From: an uncultured Acidobacteriaceae bacterium
GTDB taxonomy: Bacteria; Acidobacteriota; Terriglobia; Terriglobales; Acidobacteriaceae
Assembly (NCBI GenBank): GCA_964246645.1
Contig: CAXTRN010000001.1
Span: 1 to 46,189, forward strand
Direction of reading: 5' to 3'
Length of the DNA stretch: 46,189 nt
Shown here: positions 39,841 to 46,189 of the stretch, piece by piece
How the letters are laid out: the number at the start of each line of letters is the position of its first letter
Numbering within the stretch: position 1 is the stretch's first letter
Notes under the pieces: generated by a model
Told to the model about the DNA's origin: nothing
The model's input: the letters and a program-made list of their open reading frames with translations, nothing else
Databases searched by the model: none
Program-made: the position numbers and the translations under genes

Positions 39841-41193
39841 ATGGAACAGAAGACGGTTGTTACACCCCGTTTCGCGTATGCGACAGCAACAACCCCCCGC
39901 ATTGCACGTCCTGTTGCGAGCATTTCGCAACAGCAAATCAAAGCTGAAGTTCACAAAGAACTAATTCAACGGCTGGATCTTGAAAAACTGTCTGAGTTGC
40001 AAACATCACGTGCCGGTCAGCAGCAGCTACTCTCCACCATTCATCAGTTGTTAGGCGAACAGGAAACTCCTCTCAGTGCTACGGAACGCACCGCACTTGC
40101 ACAAGAGGTGCTTGATGAGGTGTTTGGCCTCGGCCCGCTGGAGCCCTTGCTGCATGATGCGTCTATTAGCGACATACTTGTGAACACCGCGAATGCTGTG
40201 TATGTGGAGCGGCGAGGTTTGCTAGAAAAGACCGACATCACTTTCAAGGACAACCGGCACCTGCTGCAAATCATCGATAAGATCGTTTCCAGTGTCGGTC
40301 GTCGCGTGGATGAGTCATCACCTATGGTCGATTCGCGACTTGCTGATGGTTCCCGCGTGAACGTCATCATTCCGCCGCTCGCAGTCGATGGTCCTATCCT
40401 ATCCATCCGCCGCTTTGGGCGCTCGCCGTTGAAGGCGGAAGACTTGGTGCGTATGCGCATGTTAACGGAACCTATGCTGGAAACTCTGGCGGCCGCGGTG
40501 AAGGCGCGTCTGAACATTGTGGTGTCGGGTGGAACTGGCGCCGGAAAAACTACCCTGCTGAACGTGCTTTCCGGCTTTATCTCAAGCAAGGAGCGGATTG
40601 TCACCATTGAAGATTCGGCAGAACTTCAGTTGAAACAGGAACACGTGGTCCGCTTGGAAACTAGACCGCCCAACATTGAAGGCCACGGCGCAGTGCGGCA
40701 ACGCGAACTTGTGATCAATGCCCTTCGGATGCGGCCAGACCGTGTCATTCTTGGTGAGGTTCGTGGCGAAGAAACACTCGACATGCTGCAAGCGATGAAC
40801 ACCGGTCACGATGGATCCATCACCACCATTCACTCAAACACGCCACGCGATGCCATCGCGCGCATGGAGACTATGGCGATGATGGGCGAGATTCGGATCG
40901 CCGACAAAGCCATTCGCGCCCAGATCGCGTCTGCCGTACACCTTATCGTGCAGGTCTCCCGTATGAGTGACGGCACCCGGCGTGTTACGCACATCACGGA
41001 AGTAACAGGTGCTTTCGAAGATGTCGTGAATATGCAAGACATCTTTCTTTTTGAAAAGAAGGGGATGGATGCACAAAACAAAGTAAGAGGCAGGTTTTAT
41101 GCCAGCGGCGTTATGCCGAAATTCAAGGAGAAACTTACCGCTGCGGGCATCCCCTTGCCGTCCAGCTTATTGCAGCACTCCTTGGAGATCTGA
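39841..41193 (+). CDS. cpaF: CpaF/TadA pilus assembly ATPase
   Basis: [53 protein letters not shown]. Confidence 0.96.
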   Translation: MEQKTVVTPRFAYATATTPRIARPVASISQQQIKAEVHKELIQRLDLEKLSELQTSRAGQQQLLSTIHQLLGEQETPLSATERTALAQEVLDEVFGLGPLEPLLHDASISDILVNTANAVYVERRGLLEKTDITFKDNRHLLQIIDKIVSSVGRRVDESSPMVDSRLADGSRVNVIIPPLAVDGPILSIRRFGRSPLKAEDLVRMRMLTEPMLETLAAAVKARLNIVVSGGTGAGKTTLLNVLSGFISSKERIVTIEDSAELQLKQEHVVRLETRPPNIEGHGAVRQRELVINALRMRPDRVILGEVRGEETLDMLQAMNTGHDGSITTIHSNTPRDAIARMETMAMMGEIRIADKAIRAQIASAVHLIVQVSRMSDGTRRVTHITEVTGAFEDVVNMQDIFLFEKKGMDAQNKVRGRFYASGVMPKFKEKLTAAGIPLPSSLLQHSLEI

Positions 41194-41262
41194 TTCATTC
41201 CCCTAACACCCACAGCTCAGACTTAGACAGTATCTAGATAGAGCTCGAATGGAGGACCCTTT

Positions 41263-42231
41263 TTGTTCATTGTTCTGATAGCGACCGTTATCTTTGGCTC
41301 CTTTATGCCATTTGTTTTTCTAGCCGCCCGAACGGCTGAAGATGACAGGCGGATGAAGGCACGCTTCGCCATGTTGCAGGCAGGAGGCGCCGGAGGGTTG
41401 TCTTCCGGACAAACTCTCGATCTGCTCAGAAGAACCGATCAAGGCGCGATGGGATGGCTGGATGCTTTCGTGATGCGCCTGTCTCTTCAATTGCACATAC
41501 CGAATCTCCTGTTGCAGGCAGGCAGTGAAGCCACAGCAAAATCATTTTTACTGACCTGTCTTGCAGCTGCGGTAAGCAGCACGGTCGTTGTCTTGGTGTT
41601 TGTCCATCATGTGCTGCCGGCATCCCTGGTTGGACTGGGCGCGGGTTACACTCCCTTTTTGCTTCTGAAACTTCGCCGCCAACGACGCATCCTCGCGATG
41701 GACAAAGTATTGCCAGACGTGGTCGACATGATCTCCCGCGCTTTGCGAGCCGGGCATTCGATGCCGGCCGCCATCGGCATGCTCGCCGAAGGTGCACCCG
41801 AGCCGGCGCGCAGTGCTTTTGCGGAAGTATTCCAAAAGCAGAAGTTCGGCTTTCCGCTGCGTGATGCGCTGCTGGAACTGGTCGCCCGTTTTCCCTCACA
41901 GGATCTCCGCGTACTCGTAACGGCGATTCTTGTACAACGCGATACAGGCGGCAATCTGGTCCAGATTCTTGAACGTACAGCCTCGGTCATTCGTGATCGG
42001 CTCAAGCTGAAAGGTGACGTGCGCGTGCACACTGCCCAGGGACGGCTTACAGGATGGATTCTTTGTATTCTGCCGGTCGGCATGCTACTCCTGCTTTCCT
42101 TCACCGATCCAGGCTATGCGAAAGCACTTACCGAGGATCCTCTCGGTCGCAAGTTTCTCTACGGCGGCGGCGTGTTGCTCCTGCTGGGTGGGACCCTCAT
42201 CAATCGTATCGTTACAAAAATCGAGGTCTAA
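41263..42231 (+). CDS. tadB: TadB (T2SS-F family) inner-membrane platform protein
   Basis: LPDVVDMISRALRAGHS, QRDTGGNLVQILE, TAQGRLTGWIL; TTG start after GGAGG. Confidence 0.92.
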   Translation: MFIVLIATVIFGSFMPFVFLAARTAEDDRRMKARFAMLQAGGAGGLSSGQTLDLLRRTDQGAMGWLDAFVMRLSLQLHIPNLLLQAGSEATAKSFLLTCLAAAVSSTVVVLVFVHHVLPASLVGLGAGYTPFLLLKLRRQRRILAMDKVLPDVVDMISRALRAGHSMPAAIGMLAEGAPEPARSAFAEVFQKQKFGFPLRDALLELVARFPSQDLRVLVTAILVQRDTGGNLVQILERTASVIRDRLKLKGDVRVHTAQGRLTGWILCILPVGMLLLLSFTDPGYAKALTEDPLGRKFLYGGGVLLLLGGTLINRIVTKIEV

Positions 42232-42232
42232 T

Positions 42233-43135
42233 ATGGGAGCTCTTGCGCTCTTTCTTGTTATGTCGGCTAGTTCTTGCTTGTTCTTACTACTTTTTCTTCC
42301 CTGGATTCTGCAGTCTTCGCATGAAGCCGAGCGCATGTTTGCGCTGGTGAAAAGTAGCCGGCAAGATACACGGAAAATTCCTGTGACGGAACGGATCACT
42401 GGCGTTCTCGCCGGACAAACGCGCAAGGCACGTACTCGCATGGGCATGGGTCAAAACCAGAAATTGGGCAAACGATTCCTTGAAGCCGGCCTGCGCGGCC
42501 CATACATTGCCGATATGTTTTTCCTCACACAGGTTCTAGGTCTTCTCTGTGGCGGTGTGGCGGGAAGCCTGATTCCGGTGAACCCCATTTTCTGGACACT
42601 CGCAGTGGGTGTGGTCGGATATATGGCTCCGGATGTCTGGTTAGGAGCGAAACAGAAGGAGCGCCGCAGTCGCATCCGCCGCAGTATCCCCGACATGGTA
42701 GATCTGCTTGTCGTGTGCGTAGGTGCCGGACTTGGGTTGGATCAGGCGCTCATCCGCGTCTCCGAAGAGCTTAGTTTGTCGCATGCCGAACTCACCGAAG
42801 AATTGGAACGTGTAACGCTCGAACGCCGGGCTGGCGCTTCGCGCCTCGATGCATGGCGCGCTCTTGCCGAACGCACCGGTATTGAGGAACTCTCGTCTTT
42901 CGTCCATATGCTTTCGGAAACCGATCGCTTTGGCACGCCCATCATCAAAGCGCTGAGCGATTACTCTGAGGAGATACGCACGAAACGGCGGCAGCAGGCC
43001 GAAGAAGCCGCCGCAAAAACAAAGATCAAGATTATTTTTCCTCTCGTCATTTGCATCTTTCCTTGCATCTTCATCGTGCTCGTTGTGCCTGCGGTCCTGA
43101 GCTTCATGCGGGGCTTCAATGGATTTGGTAAGTAG
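42233..43135 (+). CDS. tadC: TadC (T2SS-F family) inner-membrane platform protein
   Basis: IPDMVDLLVVCVGAGLGLDQAL, RFGTPI, AEEAAAKTKIKIIFPLVICIFP. Confidence 0.92.
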   Translation: MGALALFLVMSASSCLFLLLFLPWILQSSHEAERMFALVKSSRQDTRKIPVTERITGVLAGQTRKARTRMGMGQNQKLGKRFLEAGLRGPYIADMFFLTQVLGLLCGGVAGSLIPVNPIFWTLAVGVVGYMAPDVWLGAKQKERRSRIRRSIPDMVDLLVVCVGAGLGLDQALIRVSEELSLSHAELTEELERVTLERRAGASRLDAWRALAERTGIEELSSFVHMLSETDRFGTPIIKALSDYSEEIRTKRRQQAEEAAAKTKIKIIFPLVICIFPCIFIVLVVPAVLSFMRGFNGFGK

Positions 43136-43877
43136 CGCCACGGTCCTGAGCGATCTGGACATGAGCTGGGGCTCGCTGCTGACACACTGTTCGTGACAAC
43201 GGCAGAACCCGCGTGGTGTGCGCTGCTGATATGCTGCCGTCGCGGTGTGCTCTGGCGTCGGCCAAGCGACATTGAAAGCAGCGCTGCTTCCTGCTTACTT
43301 CCACCGATGCCCATCAACTTGGAACAGAACCGTAATGAACTTGGGTTTCTCTCCAACGCGGGTGATCCAGGCAGGTGACCGAAACGATTAAATGAACCTC
43401 GTGCTTCAATGAACATAGCGATACTTCCCAAAATCAGCATCAGGACATAAAGCGGAAAGCCTGTTTCCGGTGTTGCCGCTTGGGCAGGATTCACCTATAG
43501 ACAAGGTGAATCGTTTCTTCTCGCATCGTTCTTGTCGCCTCGTTCTATCAGCGGCCGTACCCCTGCTTTGTCATCAGCATCTCAATGCGGTGTAAAGGGC
43601 AACGCTTGTTCCGGCACAATGAACAGCGGCTCGCACCACGCTTAAAGTAGCGGCTGTGGTGAGCTTGATACGGCAGCAGAATACTGCAAATCTCACGCGC
43701 AAAATATTTGCCGCCGCGATCGAAGCCTGATTTAGTTGGCGATTCATCTTAGTTTTCCTGGCACTGTGGCGTCGGACACCGTGGAGAATGCCAATTTGCT
43801 TGAGGAAACTGGCGCAAGCGGGTTGACCTTTGCTCGACATTTTCAGCAGAACTGCCATAGCCGCGATTTAGCGGCCG

Positions 43878-45392
43878 CTATGGATGAAGAAACACGGCTG
43901 CCGTCTGATCTTCATAAACAAGCCGAAACGCGGGTGCCATGCGCAAGATCTGCACCAATGGCGTGTCGATTGCGCCCACGATCAAGTGCGCTGATCGGAG
44001 CTCGGGGTCTCGGTCCCACGTGGGCTGCCCGCTCCAGGTTGCTACCGAGCGGTCAATGCGGAGGTCACCGTGCAACGCGGCTCGTCCATCAAGGCTCACC
44101 GGCTCACGAAGCGCCCAGATCAAGTAACCACCCCACCCGTAGTCGTTATAGATCGGCCCCGCATAGCCCTGTGCCTTGATAAATTGGACGGCACCTACGG
44201 GGAATTTGCCCGCAAGTTGCACGCGCAAACTCTTGTTATTTACAGACATGCACCAGAAGCCCAGAGCCACCACGCACGCCGCCATCCACGCGGGAACAAC
44301 GGTCAAAGTCGGCGAAAGACGCGTCGGCGCGGGCCGGGGCGCAGCTACCCGCGAGGAGAGGATAGCCGCGGCAGCTATGGCCAACATCCACACATCCCGT
44401 TGCGACCGGAAGGCAAGCAGACAAGCCAGCGCCAGGAACCCGATCTCGAATGGAACAAGCTGGCGAGCACGCGCCAGGACCGCAGTGGACCCAAGCGCGA
44501 GAGCAAGGACGCACCAGTCGCATGAGTTGCGGAACGGGATAGCCTGCAATTCCTGTAGCTTGTCCACCACGCCCCCTTGCGCAGCAAGGGCATGGGCTGC
44601 CTGATAAATGTGCCAGCCATACGGATTGCACAGCGTCGCCGCAACGCTTGCCCCTGCAACAAGCAGCACGGGTCGCGGGCGGAGGCGGGTGGCCGTAGCT
44701 GTCCAACGCTTGGGGCAACAAGCCTCGGCCGCGGCAAGGCCAAGCACCATCAATCCATCGACAAACTGGATGTGGAGATTCGCCCAAAGCAGAAAAATGG
44801 CGGGTAGCCATGCGAGTTCCCGGATACGCCCGGATCGCCGCGCCTGCATAAGAATATCCACCTCAAGCGCACAAAAAAGGATAGTGAACAGCCAGGGCCG
44901 CGGCGTATACAAACGCCCGCAGCTGAAACAAACCACAAAGGTCAGCAGCACCGCCGCAGAAACATCGTGCAACTGCCGTTGCACCAGGCGATGGATGGCA
45001 ACCGTAATCGCCCCCAGCATGCCACAGGTGTACACAACAATGCCGACCGCGCCGAGTTGGTGGAAAAGACCAAACACCAGCAGCTCAAACAGCCAGCTGT
45101 AGGCAACCCAGGGTTTACCGGCTCCAAATATGGAGAATGGATCCACGTGGGGCACAGCGCCATGCTGGAAGATCCACTCACCCGTCCGCAGATGCCACCA
45201 GATGTCCGGATCACCGACGACCGCGGCGCGTGCGGCAATCAGCGCAGGCACCGCGTACAAGATCGTCAGCAAAAGGGCCTGGGCGATCTGTTCGGTTCGT
45301 TCCTGCCCAACCGTTCGTGCTTGCACCGGAACGGGATGAACAGAGGAGGCGATAGACGGCGAAGGAGGCAGGGGAGATACGGAAGTGCTCAC
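43878..45392 (-). CDS. Polytopic membrane protein, GT-C-like hypothetical
   Basis: DPDIWWHLRTGEWI...DPFS...YSWLFE, LWANLH, NPYG, YNDYGWGGYLIW...DGR. The DxD-type motif after TM1 is typical of GT-C-like proteins. Confidence 0.7.
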   Translation of the reverse strand: MSTSVSPLPPSPSIASSVHPVPVQARTVGQERTEQIAQALLLTILYAVPALIAARAAVVGDPDIWWHLRTGEWIFQHGAVPHVDPFSIFGAGKPWVAYSWLFELLVFGLFHQLGAVGIVVYTCGMLGAITVAIHRLVQRQLHDVSAAVLLTFVVCFSCGRLYTPRPWLFTILFCALEVDILMQARRSGRIRELAWLPAIFLLWANLHIQFVDGLMVLGLAAAEACCPKRWTATATRLRPRPVLLVAGASVAATLCNPYGWHIYQAAHALAAQGGVVDKLQELQAIPFRNSCDWCVLALALGSTAVLARARQLVPFEIGFLALACLLAFRSQRDVWMLAIAAAAILSSRVAAPRPAPTRLSPTLTVVPAWMAACVVALGFWCMSVNNKSLRVQLAGKFPVGAVQFIKAQGYAGPIYNDYGWGGYLIWALREPVSLDGRAALHGDLRIDRSVATWSGQPTWDRDPELRSAHLIVGAIDTPLVQILRMAPAFRLVYEDQTAAVFLHP

Positions 45393-45510
45393 ATGGCCTT
45401 TATCGGCAATATCCTGAAAAGCATTAGCGCCGACGCATCACACGGCGAGCAGGCGCAGCAGATCCATCCCGCGCCGCACGCCTCTGCGCACGGGCACCGT
45501 GATGCCTGCT

Positions 45511-46188
45511 CTATTCCGCATGCTCGCCGTGTTTTTCCAGATGGACCGCCGTTGCCTGCGTGCTCAGGTAGTTTGTCAGTTGAACCTCCGCTGCCCGCGG
45601 CGCGCGCAAACCTTTCACCGCCGACCAGATATCAGTCCGTTTTGGCGGGTTATCGACAGACGCCACCCACAGCGGCTGAGAGTACCGCAGGTACTCGGCG
45701 AGCGCACAAGCGGCCGGTTCATACAGTTTGCGCAAGCTCAGCAGTCGCTCACGACTGTCCACATCGGTGTGCAGCGCGAGATCGGTCGTTTGCAGCATGC
45801 TACAGATGCGATCCAGTTCAGCTTCCGATAACCGGGTCAGAGGCGCCTCACGCAAGCCCAGTTCCACCGCATCCTGCCGAAAAATGTGAACAAGATCCAC
45901 AAGCACATGCCGTCCCATGGCGAAGGTTAATTGCGCTTGACGCGTATTCCGGTTGTCCACCATCGTGATGAGAAAAGCGCAGGTATCCAGAATGGCGGTC
46001 AGCGCGGCCAGCCAGCTTTGGTTGTCGTGCTGCGATCGGTAGTAACAGAGGATCGGATAGGAGACGTGCGTTTCCAGTACCTCCGCGCACCACCACTCCC
46101 ACTGGCCCAGCAGGGAGCGCATCACCTTTTGGCCACCCCGAAAATCATGGCGCAACAACAGCTCCGTCGCCGTTGGCGGTGACCCCGC
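45511..46188 (-). CDS. C-terminal part of a potassium-channel-family membrane protein; 5' end lies outside the window
   Basis: AGSPPTATELL...VLETHVSYPILCYYRSQHDNQSWLAALTAILD; frame open to the window edge. The pore region is not visible here. Confidence 0.65.
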   Translation of the reverse strand, partial: AGSPPTATELLLRHDFRGGQKVMRSLLGQWEWWCAEVLETHVSYPILCYYRSQHDNQSWLAALTAILDTCAFLITMVDNRNTRQAQLTFAMGRHVLVDLVHIFRQDAVELGLREAPLTRLSEAELDRICSMLQTTDLALHTDVDSRERLLSLRKLYEPAACALAEYLRYSQPLWVASVDNPPKRTDIWSAVKGLRAPRAAEVQLTNYLSTQATAVHLEKHGEHAE

Positions 46189-46189
46189 G

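Noticed and set aside
42961-43877. ORFs 42961-43494(-), 43574-43858(-) and 43193-43378(+) after tadC
   Set aside because: No RBS or recognisable motifs, and one overlaps tadC antisense. Treated as non-coding or degraded sequence.

Overview
Gene-dense bacterial chromosomal window. Gene content and protein style suggest Acidobacteriota (inference, not searched). Positions 1-31.5 kb are mostly GC-rich housekeeping and envelope genes: a REC-Hpt protein plus a NarL-type regulator, a YpdA-type reductase, an ABC-2 exporter, class I fumarase, qorB/qorR, an OmpA-family protein, SDRs, a lactonase, an ADH, a TonB-domain protein, apt, acyP, efp, trpG/trpE, Glu/Leu/Phe/Val dehydrogenase, a TIGR03118-type protein, pgsA, an orphan GvpL/GvpF protein and a YfgM-like TPR protein. 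Positions ~31.5-43.9 kb are a visibly lower-GC Tad/Flp (type IVc) pilus locus: tadE-tadE-GT-C glycosyltransferase, a divergent DUF192 unit, and flp-cpaA-cpaB-cpaC-cpaE-cpaF-tadB-tadC. A second GT-C-like membrane gene and a partial K-channel-family gene follow. The best leads are: two small membrane-peptide ORFs with strong RBSs, not called as such in the ORF track, inside the Tad locus; a Tad locus associated with two GT-C-like genes (possible pilin glycosylation); an apparent frameshift at the 3' end of cpaE; an EF-P with a non-canonical PGNLR tip; an orphan GvpL/F; several probable leaderless genes; and a few structured intergenic RNA candidates. I saw no CRISPR array, tRNA, rRNA, integrase or transposase. 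All family calls come from motif recognition by eye, not from database searches.
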